35,259 nucleotides of DNA. Source: Planctomycetota bacterium (lineage in GTDB: Bacteria > Planctomycetota > GCA-002687715 > DRQF01). Both the position numbers and the translations under genes were made by a program. The stretch covers positions 1-35,259 of the forward strand of contig JALTLO010000170.1 in the NCBI GenBank assembly GCA_027001995.1, read 5' to 3'. Position 1 is the stretch's first letter. Each line of letters opens with the position of its first letter. Below are positions 26,531 through 35,259 of the stretch, one piece after another. Below the pieces are notes generated by a model. The model saw only the letters and a list, made by a program, of their open reading frames with translations. It made no database searches and was not told the DNA's origin.

Positions 26531-27283
26531 CTACCATTCCTTTCGTTTCTTGCCGTCTTTGCGGAACCAACGATTCCACTCATTGGCACCTTTGATTTCT
26601 TGCTTCGTCAGTTTCTTGAGTGTGGATTCGAAAGGATTGTAAAGAGCTTCGTACCTGGCCTTGTTTGTCGTTGTCGGATTGGGCTTCGAGTAGGCGCTGG
26701 CAACAGACGAATATACCTTGAGAAGACCCTTGACGATTTCCTTGCGCAACTTGGTCGGGCTATCCTTGTAGTTGCCCAAGGCGTAGATGGCAATCTTGAT
26801 GACATTGTTGTCTTTGTTGTTGAGGTACTTCAAGAAGTCCTTGACCACGCTTTCATCACGCAACTTACCAGCAGCATTCAAATAGCGTTGTTGCAGGTCG
26901 GGATCTTTCTTGGCGGCTTTCGCCCCCTTCATCAAGATCTTGATGGCTTTGCCACCGGTGTGCCCTAAAGCTGCAATCGCTGCCTTACGAACCGACAAGT
27001 CTTTGTTTTTCAGGCAACCCTTCAGCATGGAAACCGCAGCTTCTTTTTGCTTCTTGTTACCACCGGCATACTGAGTCGAGATTTTGTCAATTTGAGCAGT
27101 GGCTTGAGAAAAGTCTTTGTCCTTGAGAGATTCGGAAAGACCATCCATGGTCTCCTGCAAGGCGGCGATAGACTCTTCCGTGGGCTTGGGGTCCTTTTTC
27201 TCATTTTGACACCCGGCCAAAGTCGCGGGACAAAAGGTGACAAGTGCCAAAATGGCAATCAGTGTGACTTCTAAGATTCTCAT
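26531..27283 (-). CDS. Exported HEAT-repeat protein
   Basis: Likely ATG at 27283 with upstream GAGGT. Signal-peptide-like N-terminus. HEAT-like VRKAAIAALG and VIKIAIYALG, plus C-terminal WNRWF. Confidence 0.75.
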   Translation of the reverse strand: MRILEVTLIAILALVTFCPATLAGCQNEKKDPKPTEESIAALQETMDGLSESLKDKDFSQATAQIDKISTQYAGGNKKQKEAAVSMLKGCLKNKDLSVRKAAIAALGHTGGKAIKILMKGAKAAKKDPDLQQRYLNAAGKLRDESVVKDFLKYLNNKDNNVIKIAIYALGNYKDSPTKLRKEIVKGLLKVYSSVASAYSKPNPTTTNKARYEALYNPFESTLKKLTKQEIKGANEWNRWFRKDGKKRKEW

Positions 27284-27461
27284 CGCGTACCTCGTGGTAA
27301 TGGACCTAAAAGGATCGGTGAATGGGAAAAACTCCGGACATGGCTCGCCAATGGCGAATCTGGGGTTCCTTTCCCTTCTTCGGACAACCCTCGCTAAACC
27401 CGCCTTACCAATCATGGTTCAGGGGCATGGCCTCAGGGTGAGACGGATTACTGGCAGAAGG

Positions 27462-28283
27462 TTAACATATCGAGCGCCGTGCTGCCCGTTCATACTGATC
27501 GATCAAGGCCAGTGTTTTGGGACCGGGCACGGCAACGAAGGGCACACTCTCAATACGTGAAACCGGCTGAATTCCAGAGAAAGATCCGGTCAAAAATGCT
27601 TCGTCCGCCTGTTTTAGGTCATTTGCGGTGAATTCCCCCTCTTCGACCGCCATTCCTGCGGTTTTTCCCAACTCAAGAATAACGGCCCTTGTCACACCCG
27701 GGAGAATGCCTTCTTCCAGTTTCGGGGTCAAAAGTACATCGTTTTTGAAGAAGAAGAGATTCGATCGGGTTGATTCTGTGAGGTGGCCTTCAGAAGACAG
27801 AAAAACCGCGTCATCAAAGCCAGATTCTTCCGCCCGTTTGCGGGTCAGGGCGTAGGGAAGTCGGTTCCACAACTTCATCGTAGGCAAATCACAATTCGCC
27901 CCAAAAGGTGAGGGGCAGAGGGTAATAGCTCGGGGACCAGTCCAGGGCATAAAATCTGAAGCTGGTTCAGCGGTCACCAGAAGATTGACACCATTCTCCA
28001 CCAGCAAAAGACAAATTTTGATGCGCCCTTCCGCCCCAGGCAGGTCCTTCACCAAGGTTGCCACCTGTTTCTCAAGATCATCTTGGCAAGGCAGAGAATA
28101 GGAGAACTGAAGACTCTTGGCGCCGCCGGCCAGTCGAGCCAAATGCTGGGCAAAAAACATCGGGCGGCCTTCGATCGTTCGGAGAGTCTCAAAGACACCT
28201 AAACCCGTGTCAAAAAATGGATCTCGCCAAGATATCGACAACTGATCGCCCAAGATATGTTCGCCATTGAGAAAATAAGCCAT
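27462..28283 (-). CDS. Class IV aminotransferase / aminodeoxychorismate lyase (PabC-like)
   Basis: Motifs GLGVFETLR, HLARL, ESTRSNLF, LPGVTR and ADEAFLT. Adjacent to pabB. Confidence 0.85.
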   Translation of the reverse strand: MAYFLNGEHILGDQLSISWRDPFFDTGLGVFETLRTIEGRPMFFAQHLARLAGGAKSLQFSYSLPCQDDLEKQVATLVKDLPGAEGRIKICLLLVENGVNLLVTAEPASDFMPWTGPRAITLCPSPFGANCDLPTMKLWNRLPYALTRKRAEESGFDDAVFLSSEGHLTESTRSNLFFFKNDVLLTPKLEEGILPGVTRAVILELGKTAGMAVEEGEFTANDLKQADEAFLTGSFSGIQPVSRIESVPFVAVPGPKTLALIDQYERAARRSIC

Positions 28284-28285
28284 TA

Positions 28286-29671
28286 TTAGTCCTTCACGAC
28301 TCCTTTCAGTGCTTTCAAGATCCCGGCTACTTTGACCACCGATTCTGCATACTCTGCCTCATCATTCGAATCGATGACAATACCTCCCCCCCCATGAACC
28401 CGTGCATAGCCGTTTTCGAAAACAACCGTGCGGATGGCGATATTCCATTCACCTCGGCCATCTACCCCCAAGTAACCAATAGACCCAGTGTAGGGCCCTC
28501 GCCTCAGGGGCTCCAACTCGTTGATCACTTCCATGGCCCGGATCTTGGGGGCACCGGTAATTGAGCCTCCAGGCCATGCGGCCTTAAGGAAGTCAAAGAA
28601 ATCGAGCCCTTCCTTCAGGCGCCCACAAACCCGAGAAACGAGGTGATGGACCGTTGGTGCTGTTTGAATATGGGCATGATCGTGAACAGTGACCGTTCCT
28701 GGGCGGCAAACCCGCGAAAAATCGTTACGCATCAAGTCGACAATCATGGCCAGTTCAGCTTTGTCCTTCTCGCTATTCAGTAGATCGGACTTAAGTGCTT
28801 CGTCAATCACCGGATTCGGCGAACGGCCAATCGTGCCTTTGATTGGCTGAGACTCAATATGAGGGCCCCTGAGTTTGACAAAACTCTCCGGAGAATGGGA
28901 AGAGATGGCCGCCCCGTCCCATTCCATGAAAGCACCGAAAGGCGCTCCATGTTGCCGCCGAATTTTTTCGAACAGGACGATTGGACGGTCATTCACCGGC
29001 AACAAGAAACGTTGGGTCAGATTCACCTGATAGACGTCACCAGCTCGAATGTAGTCTTGAATAGCTCGAATGTGAGACAGATAGGTTGATTTCGAAAAAC
29101 TGGAAATCGCGAGTGATTCCCCTGTGCTTCTTTCCTCTTCAGCGGAGAAACCAGAAGCCCCTTGAAGCACATTGGCGATTGCGGCCATGCGTTCTTCCGC
29201 AGATTCTGTCTCATCTAAGCTCAAGATTCGGACTGTGCCTTTGCGCTCTTCATCAATCTCAAGCCAAAGATCATAGGCCCCTAACACCGCATCCGGCAGT
29301 CCAGAATCCCGGGGATTGGCCACTGAAACTTGCTCAAAATGTTGGTTGAGCTCGTAGCCCAAGAACCCCATAAGCCCCCCCGAAAAGACCCTTTCGTTTC
29401 GGGGGATCTCTCCCAATCCAGACAACTCGGAGAGCATGATACGCGCGGCACTCAAGAAGTCCCCCACGATCTCCAATCCCCCTTCCCGTCTCTTAAGGAG
29501 GAAACGCTTATCCCGAATGACCAGGGTCGTGCGAGGGAGTAGCCCTAAGAGAGAATACCGCTGTCCCTGTCTTCGGGCGCTATCGTCTAAGAGAATCTTG
29601 CCAGAGAAGCGATCAAGCAAATCATAGATCTGGCTGGCGCCTTGATCTGTTTCAATGTCGATTTGCAGCAT
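28286..29671 (-). CDS. pabB: Aminodeoxychorismate synthase component I
   Basis: Motifs GDVYQVNLTQR, SPESF, PIKGT, AELAMIVDLMRND, GGSITGAPKIRAMEVI and NIAIRT. Likely ATG at 29671 with GGAG upstream. Confidence 0.88.
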   Translation of the reverse strand: MLQIDIETDQGASQIYDLLDRFSGKILLDDSARRQGQRYSLLGLLPRTTLVIRDKRFLLKRREGGLEIVGDFLSAARIMLSELSGLGEIPRNERVFSGGLMGFLGYELNQHFEQVSVANPRDSGLPDAVLGAYDLWLEIDEERKGTVRILSLDETESAEERMAAIANVLQGASGFSAEEERSTGESLAISSFSKSTYLSHIRAIQDYIRAGDVYQVNLTQRFLLPVNDRPIVLFEKIRRQHGAPFGAFMEWDGAAISSHSPESFVKLRGPHIESQPIKGTIGRSPNPVIDEALKSDLLNSEKDKAELAMIVDLMRNDFSRVCRPGTVTVHDHAHIQTAPTVHHLVSRVCGRLKEGLDFFDFLKAAWPGGSITGAPKIRAMEVINELEPLRRGPYTGSIGYLGVDGRGEWNIAIRTVVFENGYARVHGGGGIVIDSNDEAEYAESVVKVAGILKALKGVVKD

Positions 29672-29718
29672 GACAACTCCGGAAAGAAAATGGTCCCCAC
29701 TTGGGGTAGACTTGAACC

Positions 29719-30621
29719 ATGATCGAACTTGACGCATTTCTCAAGGTCATGCAAGAAGGCAAGGGAGTTTCCAAGCACACCCTCAAAGCCTATCGCAGCG
29801 ATTTGCACAGTTTCTTCACTGACTTGGCAGAAAATCGTGGGAATCCCAAGTTGACTGATGTGGAGCTGCACCATCTGCGCCACTTCTTATCTAACTTGGT
29901 AACCGAAGGGTATGCGCGGTCTTCCATCGCTCGCAAGGCCGCAGCACTCCGCGCTTTTTTTTCCTATTCGCACCGAGAAGGCATGATCCCAGAGAACCCA
30001 GCAGCCAGCCTGAAAACTTCCTCTGGCCCCCGTGGAATTCCCACAGTGCTTTCCTCCGAGCAAATCGAAGTCTTGTTCGACGCCATGCACGGCAATGGTT
30101 TCATCAATATTCGTGATCGCGCCCTCTTTGAGTTTCTTTACAGCACTGGGGCGCGGGTGAGCGAGGCCTGTAGCTTAACGATGGCAGACTTGGACGTCGA
30201 AGAGGGCATCGCTCGCCTCATGGGTAAGGGTGACAAAGAACGCTTGGCGGCTTTAGGGCGTTACGCCCAAGAAGCCCTCGACGAGTACCTGCCTTTGCGG
30301 GCGGCGAAGGCAAAGAAAGAACGCTCCCTGCACATTTTCCTCAATGATCGAGGCGGCCCGCTTTCAGACCGGAGCGTTCGACGCATTCTCAAAAAGCGCC
30401 TCATGGAAGCCGATCTTCCCGTTTCCATCAGCCCCCATTCTTTGCGTCACTCATTCGCAACCCATCTCTTGCAAGGGGGTGCTGGGCTTCGAGAGGTCCA
30501 AGAGCTCTTAGGCCACGCTTCCGTCAATACAACACAGATCTACACCAAGATTTCTCCTGAACAACTCCAAGAGGTCTACTTGAAGAATCACCCACGGGCC
30601 CGCCTCATCCCAGAGGACTAA
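29719..30621 (+). CDS. xerC: Tyrosine recombinase, XerC/XerD family
   Basis: Motifs HTLKAYRSDL, RDRALFEFLYSTGARVSE, GKGDKER and PHSLRHSFATHLL...VQELLGHASVNTTQIYT; 300 aa. Confidence 0.85.
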   Translation: MIELDAFLKVMQEGKGVSKHTLKAYRSDLHSFFTDLAENRGNPKLTDVELHHLRHFLSNLVTEGYARSSIARKAAALRAFFSYSHREGMIPENPAASLKTSSGPRGIPTVLSSEQIEVLFDAMHGNGFINIRDRALFEFLYSTGARVSEACSLTMADLDVEEGIARLMGKGDKERLAALGRYAQEALDEYLPLRAAKAKKERSLHIFLNDRGGPLSDRSVRRILKKRLMEADLPVSISPHSLRHSFATHLLQGGAGLREVQELLGHASVNTTQIYTKISPEQLQEVYLKNHPRARLIPED

Positions 30622-30642
30622 CCCTCCGTTCTTCCAGTGATA

Positions 30643-31128
30643 CTAGTTCGATTTTGGGGCGCGAGACGGACTCGGCAAGGGCACAGACATGTCTTCGAGC
30701 TTGAGGAGAATCTCAGGATCCAGGTTCTCAGTAGAAACGTCGATGGTGCCGTCACCATCCATGTCAGCAAAGACGCGCCCTTGCTGATCTTGGATGAAGA
30801 TAGCCCGCCTCGTGGTCGTTTGAGAAACCTGAGCTTCTTGTGAACAACTGTCGTAGATGTAGAAATTCGCCCATGGATCGTAAGCCTTTGCCCCGGTGAC
30901 AGCGACGAAGGTCTCCGGCAACACCCCATGAGTCAAGTAGAAAACGTTGAGCGAGTTCGCCACTGATTCGGCGTCCTCAATCACGTGCGCTTTCTCATTC
31001 ACACCTTCGGCACTCAAATAAATCGCCGTGCCCATGGCAAGGATAATCGTGATGAGAGTCACAGTACCGCAAATTTGCAGAAGTGTGAAACCAGAGACAG
31101 GAGAGTTGGAAGCGTTGCATGTTTCCAT
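30643..31128 (-). CDS. Pseudopilin-like protein, diverged paralogue of the neighbouring gene
   Basis: GFTLLQI followed by a hydrophobic helix, DPWANFYIY and DMDGDGTID. Confidence 0.65.
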   Translation of the reverse strand: METCNASNSPVSGFTLLQICGTVTLITIILAMGTAIYLSAEGVNEKAHVIEDAESVANSLNVFYLTHGVLPETFVAVTGAKAYDPWANFYIYDSCSQEAQVSQTTTRRAIFIQDQQGRVFADMDGDGTIDVSTENLDPEILLKLEDMSVPLPSPSRAPKSN

Positions 31129-31137
31129 AGAAATAAG

Positions 31138-31767
31138 TTAGTAGCGCTCCACCCGATCGACGAAATCACCATTGCGTCCGCGGATGATATCATCCTGATT
31201 CTCTGGAGAGGTTAGCTTCTCGGCAGAGTCTCCATCAGGGCCCATGCTATAGAGATCGTAGTCCGTGTTGACCGGCGTGTTGGTCGCGTCCAAGAATTTC
31301 CGAGCCCGGGCCACTTTGTCAATAATCTCAGCAGACAAATCTGAAACAACGAGATCAACCACACCGTCGCCATCAAAATCAACGGAGACCGAGCCGTCTT
31401 TGTTCTTCTCATAAGTTGGATTGATTGCTGGCATGGAAGCATGGCCACCACCATGGCCACCACCATGGCCATCAGACGGACTCTCAATAGTCTTATAGAC
31501 ATAGAAACGACCCCAAGGGTCTTTCTTGTTGTTCATACCAATTTGAACCAAAGTCTTTGGCAGCTCACCATTGTTCATACGAAAAGTGTCCACCGCCGAT
31601 GAAATCGCCTTGATGTCTTCAATCGCTGTTGTCTCTTCGGCCACGTCCATAGCACTGGAATAGATTGGCACAGCCATGAGCACCATAATCGTCATGATTG
31701 ACATGACGACAGTCATTTCCACCAGACTAAAACCGTTGGCCTCACGATGGGTCAGACACTTTCTCAT
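31138..31767 (-). CDS. Prepilin-type N-methylation domain protein (GspG/PulG-like pseudopilin)
   Basis: GFSLVEMTVVMSIM class III signal, DPWGRFYVY, YDLYSMGPDG and DDII. Confidence 0.85.
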   Translation of the reverse strand: MRKCLTHREANGFSLVEMTVVMSIMTIMVLMAVPIYSSAMDVAEETTAIEDIKAISSAVDTFRMNNGELPKTLVQIGMNNKKDPWGRFYVYKTIESPSDGHGGGHGGGHASMPAINPTYEKNKDGSVSVDFDGDGVVDLVVSDLSAEIIDKVARARKFLDATNTPVNTDYDLYSMGPDGDSAEKLTSPENQDDIIRGRNGDFVDRVERY

Positions 31768-32390
31768 TTGCTTGACTCCAAAAGGGCCTGCTCATGATTC
31801 TTCAGAATGTGGGCGATGGCCTTTGCATGCTTGCTCTCCCCCTCCTCCTCCATGTTCGACTTGAGGAACTCAAGTTCTGACTGGAGACTAGCTAAAGCCG
31901 ACGCTCGGCCTCGCACCCGATCCAGAGCACGGTTGAGTAATTCAGCTTCATGCATCAAGTAGTCGCCATTTCGAAGCTTAAAAGCATTGGGCACTGTGTT
32001 TCCACCAAGTTCTTCGAAGATACATTTGAACCGATAGAGCGGACCGGCCAAGCGATGAGTCACCTTGATGGCCATGACGAGTACGAGCAGTGCCGCCACA
32101 CCAAGGGCTGGCCAATACCGGGCATCCAATGCCATGAGTTGCGTGGTGTTCTTCACCAGATCCTGGCTGCTCTTGCCTTCCAGCAAGATCCCCACAATGG
32201 GTGGGCCGAAGATGCATGCCGTGAGCACAAAGAGAAAAATCGCCAGCAAAAGAGCGAAGGAACCGATAATCCCGAATTGCAAACGAGAATCGACGATGAA
32301 CTTTTTGCGTCGAAAGAGCTGACTCTCAGAAGAGTCTCTTTCAACGATGCCATCGGCGATGGCCTTTTCAATGGTCTTGGTATGTGCCAC
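31764..32390 (-). CDS. Two-transmembrane protein with HAMP-like region
   Basis: RRKKFIVDSRLQ, two hydrophobic helices, THRLAGPLYRF and LRNGD. Confidence 0.65.
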   Translation of the reverse strand: MAHTKTIEKAIADGIVERDSSESQLFRRKKFIVDSRLQFGIIGSFALLLAIFLFVLTACIFGPPIVGILLEGKSSQDLVKNTTQLMALDARYWPALGVAALLVLVMAIKVTHRLAGPLYRFKCIFEELGGNTVPNAFKLRNGDYLMHEAELLNRALDRVRGRASALASLQSELEFLKSNMEEEGESKHAKAIAHILKNHEQALLESSK

Positions 32391-32561
32391 AAGCGATCTC
32401 CACCTAAGTGACTTGTTTCGGCCAGAAAATAAGAAATTCCGGGCAATCGAGTAGACAAGTCCTGAAGGCTGGATCGACCAATAAAGAAAAGGATCTGAGC
32501 TAAAAGTCTTTATCCAAGGAGGTGGCTATTTATTCGAATAAGACTTGGTCAAGACAACACT

Positions 32562-34826
32562 TCAATAAAGGTCAGAAATACGCTTGCGGAGGAACTCCAG
32601 AGCCTCTTTCAGACTAAACTCATTGTAGCCATAGGATTCTTGCATCCGAGTAAAGAAGGATTCGGCAGAGGCCTTGTCAGCCTCGCTGACATTTCCTGGA
32701 ATCGCCCCTTCCAAAATGAAAACGTCGGTCACGAGTTTCTCAACCTTCTTGAGACTCTGTTTGAAGACGTTGGAGCGGAGACGATGGAACAAATCAGCAA
32801 AGACGTCCTCATAGACAATCGGTGAGTCCGGGTTGGATATCCGGAAAGATGCCACTTGGTTCATCAATCCCGAACGAAATACCTCCACGGATTCATCACA
32901 CTCTAAGAGATTCTCAATCCGTTCCATCAAGCCTTCGTCGGGCTCCAAAGAAGCTGAAGTCCGTGGGTCGACCACTTTTTCGTTGGTGGCAAAAGCCTTC
33001 ACATTCAAGAAATAGGTTTCGAACAGGCGGTTGTATTCTTCCTCATCCACTAAATCGGCGGCTTTCTGTACGTCCACCGTGAGCAGCCGCAGGTATTCTT
33101 CGCGGACGACATCAACGAAACCCTTACAGTCATGGTAACCATTCTTACTTCGTTTCAGTCTGAGGAACTGATAGAGGGAAACGTCCTTAATCAACTCAGG
33201 AAGCTTATTGAGAATGAGTAGTGGAGTCAGAGAGTCTCCTGGTGGATTGATGCCAATCTCACTCAACATGGTCAGCATTTCTCTGGCCGAACATCCTCTT
33301 CGCCCCTCATAGGCAGCATCCCACATACCCTCGAATTCGGCTTCGTGGTTGTCATACTCATGACGCAAGCTGCCGATTTCTTGGCGTAACAAATTCTTCT
33401 CGTTGTCGGTGAGACGCATAGGGACAGAACCATCGTTGTAAAGATGAGCCTTCTCCAAAGGCGTTAGCCCCCCCACAATGCTCTGAATCGCCTTTTTCCT
33501 CCCCTCAACTGATGGCTGAAGCAACCTGGTGAGCACGCTCCAGATCCCCGCCACTTTGGCCGTATGGGGAGCGATATGAATAGCATCACCCATCTTTTCG
33601 AAATGATGCTGATAGATCTGGGCTTCCTTATCGAATTCCAGCAAGTAAGGCACGGAAATCAGTTCAAGGCGACCTTGAAATGACGGGAAGAGCGGATCTC
33701 TCCGGAAAGCCGAAAGATAGTTCTCATTGCTTGTGCCCATGAGGATGAGATCGAGGTGGGCCGTGTACGACTGAAGGTTGATAACACCGGTTTCTGCTGT
33801 GGTTAAGAGGTATTTGTTGGCTTCGATGGGTCGCTTGAAGAAGTCGCTGTATTCGACAATGCCCCGGTTGGCATCAACCAAGTCCCCTTGGGCTTCGAAC
33901 ATCGTTTCATTTTGCAGAATCGGAGGAAGTCCCTTCATGGTGGCATGGCCAATCTGCCTGGAATGAGCGTCGATGTTCGACTGAGGTTCAATGGTGACAG
34001 CTCCACGCCGATATTGCCGACGAATCGAATAGCGCTCGACCTGAACGTGTCGAAGAATCTTCTTCCAGTCCCCACGGTAGGCCTTCATCAAGGCGTCGTA
34101 GATGGCCCGGAACTTGGGGGAGAAATCACCGTCTTGCACCATGCGCGTTTCAACGAAGGACTCTCGCTCATGTTCCGAAGCCTCTTTCAGGGAATTAGCC
34201 AGGAAAGTGGCCCTTTGGCTGCGGGGCAAAAGAAAGATGGGGTGGTCATGAAGATCAGAAGGGATTTTGGCTGAAATGCGCTCCGCATCCAAGAAGGCGA
34301 AGGTGTCCAACTTCTCTTCCACATCCACGGGGTTAAAGCCGAGAGACTCACCCTTGTCTCCCGCTTCGCTAAACACCCAGCTAAAGCGGAACAAAGCGCC
34401 CTCAGGAGTCTGAGAATAGGCTTCCAAACCGCGCATCAACCCGGTGATCAAGGTGGTTTTGCTCGATCCATTGGGGCCATGCAAAAGGAGCATTTTGTCG
34501 TTCTGACGACGTTGCACAAACTCACGAAAAGTCCGATAGAGGGCATTCTGAGTTTCTTCTTGCCCAATGGTGGCGTAGTCCACCCCACCATCGACACCAT
34601 CGAATAACTTAAATCGACGGGTCGGAGTCCCGCAGCACCAAGTTTCTTCGGTGCCGAAGTAGTCCATCATGTCGGCCATATATTGGGAGGACGACCGTGT
34701 CAGGGAATAAGGTTTCTTACGAACCTCCTCGAGAAACTGAGAAAACGACAGGATGACGTTATCTCTTTCAAATCGCTCTTCCGATTCCCGGCTCAGTTCA
34801 TCAATAATTGTCTCAATGGGCCCCAT
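32562..34826 (-). CDS. prkA: PrkA-family AAA+ serine protein kinase
   Basis: Motifs LLLHGPNGSSKTT, GDLVDANRGIVEYSD, VPYLL and IAPHT. RBS GAGGAG upstream of the ATG. Confidence 0.85.
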   Translation of the reverse strand: MGPIETIIDELSRESEERFERDNVILSFSQFLEEVRKKPYSLTRSSSQYMADMMDYFGTEETWCCGTPTRRFKLFDGVDGGVDYATIGQEETQNALYRTFREFVQRRQNDKMLLLHGPNGSSKTTLITGLMRGLEAYSQTPEGALFRFSWVFSEAGDKGESLGFNPVDVEEKLDTFAFLDAERISAKIPSDLHDHPIFLLPRSQRATFLANSLKEASEHERESFVETRMVQDGDFSPKFRAIYDALMKAYRGDWKKILRHVQVERYSIRRQYRRGAVTIEPQSNIDAHSRQIGHATMKGLPPILQNETMFEAQGDLVDANRGIVEYSDFFKRPIEANKYLLTTAETGVINLQSYTAHLDLILMGTSNENYLSAFRRDPLFPSFQGRLELISVPYLLEFDKEAQIYQHHFEKMGDAIHIAPHTAKVAGIWSVLTRLLQPSVEGRKKAIQSIVGGLTPLEKAHLYNDGSVPMRLTDNEKNLLRQEIGSLRHEYDNHEAEFEGMWDAAYEGRRGCSAREMLTMLSEIGINPPGDSLTPLLILNKLPELIKDVSLYQFLRLKRSKNGYHDCKGFVDVVREEYLRLLTVDVQKAADLVDEEEYNRLFETYFLNVKAFATNEKVVDPRTSASLEPDEGLMERIENLLECDESVEVFRSGLMNQVASFRISNPDSPIVYEDVFADLFHRLRSNVFKQSLKKVEKLVTDVFILEGAIPGNVSEADKASAESFFTRMQESYGYNEFSLKEALEFLRKRISDLY

Positions 34827-35012
34827 GTGAAACTCCTCATCGACGTGGCGTTTAGACTATCCCTATCATATACGTCGGCATTTCATAGCTGACGTCAGAA
34901 GTTCCTTATTTGTCAAAAGTTGAGGCAAATGAGTTGGTCGGGCTCATCTTGCCCAAAAAAGGGATGAATCTCAGCTTTGGGACAAATGAGACCGTTGCCG
35001 CTGGGGAGGCAA

Positions 35013-35050
35013 TAAAAAATCGCCATCGCGCTGTTGAGCACGATGGCGAT
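35013..35050 (-). terminator. Rho-independent terminator of the tRNA operon
   Basis: Minus strand hairpin ATCGCCATCGTGCT-CAAC-AGCGCGATGGCGAT followed by a T run. Confidence 0.85.
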
Positions 35051-35051
35051 A

Positions 35052-35126
35052 TGACCCCGACGGGATTTGAACCCGTGTTGCTAGGATGAAAACCTAGTGT
35101 CCTGGACCTGACTAGACGACGGGGCC
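35052..35126 (-). tRNA. tRNA-Glu (TTC), CCA not encoded
   Basis: Acceptor stem GGCCCCG/CGGGGTC-A, anticodon arm CTAGG-TTTTCAT-CCTAG, T loop GGTTCAAATCC. Confidence 0.96.
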
Positions 35127-35136
35127 GACTCTTTAA

Positions 35137-35209
35137 TGAGGGCAGAAGGACTTGAACCTTCGACCCACTCCTTAAAAGGGAGTTGCTCTACCGACTGAGC
35201 TATGCCCCC
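35137..35209 (-). tRNA. tRNA-Lys (TTT), CCA not encoded
   Basis: Begins GGGGGCATAGCTCAGTCGGTAGAGC; anticodon arm ACTCC-CTTTTAA-GGAGT; T loop GGTTCAAGTCC. Confidence 0.96.
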
Positions 35210-35220
35210 GAGTTGGCGAG

Positions 35221-35248
35221 ATTATAGGAGCAAGTCAGCGGGATTCAA
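35221..35248 (-). promoter_or_regulatory. Sigma70 promoter of the tRNA-Lys/tRNA-Glu operon
   Basis: Minus strand reads TTGAAT, 16 bp spacer, TATAAT, ending 11 bp before tRNA-Lys. Confidence 0.8.
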
Positions 35249-35259
35249 TAAGTTATGTC

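Noticed and set aside
29672..29737. ORF-track extended start for pabB (and similarly 27284-27415 for the HEAT gene)
   Set aside because: The pabB extension overlaps the divergent xerC. Downstream ATGs at 29671 and 27283 have RBS-like sequences.
29719..30621. Tyrosine recombinase as the island's integrase
   Set aside because: It has typical XerC/XerD length and motifs, lies among housekeeping genes, and is 13 kb from the island edge.
1..35259. CRISPR array, IS elements, rRNA or prophage genes
   Set aside because: By eye I found no regularly spaced direct repeats, transposase motifs, rRNA signatures or phage structural genes.

Overview
Bacterial chromosomal window, Planctomycetota-like by gene content (inference only), with almost every gene on the minus strand. 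It has two parts. Positions ~16.5-35.3 kb are core genome: tRNA-Lys(TTT) and tRNA-Glu(TTC) with promoter and terminator, a PrkA-family ATPase/kinase, two pseudopilin-like genes, xerC, pabB and pabC-like genes, HEAT/DUF2062/membrane genes, a ferredoxin, xseA-xseB-ispA, a heavily diverged dxs, DUF58 and a BatA/vWA gene. Positions 1-16.2 kb look like a defence island. Its most notable element is a four-gene operon with overlapping reading frames that I cannot match to a named system: (1) a fusion of a Z-alpha-like winged helix, a Ser/Thr kinase, a zinc ribbon and a YqhH-type SNF2 helicase; (2) a YqhG-like protein with ~520 aa of tandem Cys/His zinc-finger-like repeats; (3) a TPR-like protein; (4) a HerA-like ATPase with a C-terminal FHA domain. 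Downstream are a broken McrBC-like pair and a DUF1232 - SNF2 helicase - DNA methyltransferase module (DISARM-like) that runs off the left edge. All family assignments come from reading motifs by eye; no searches were run.
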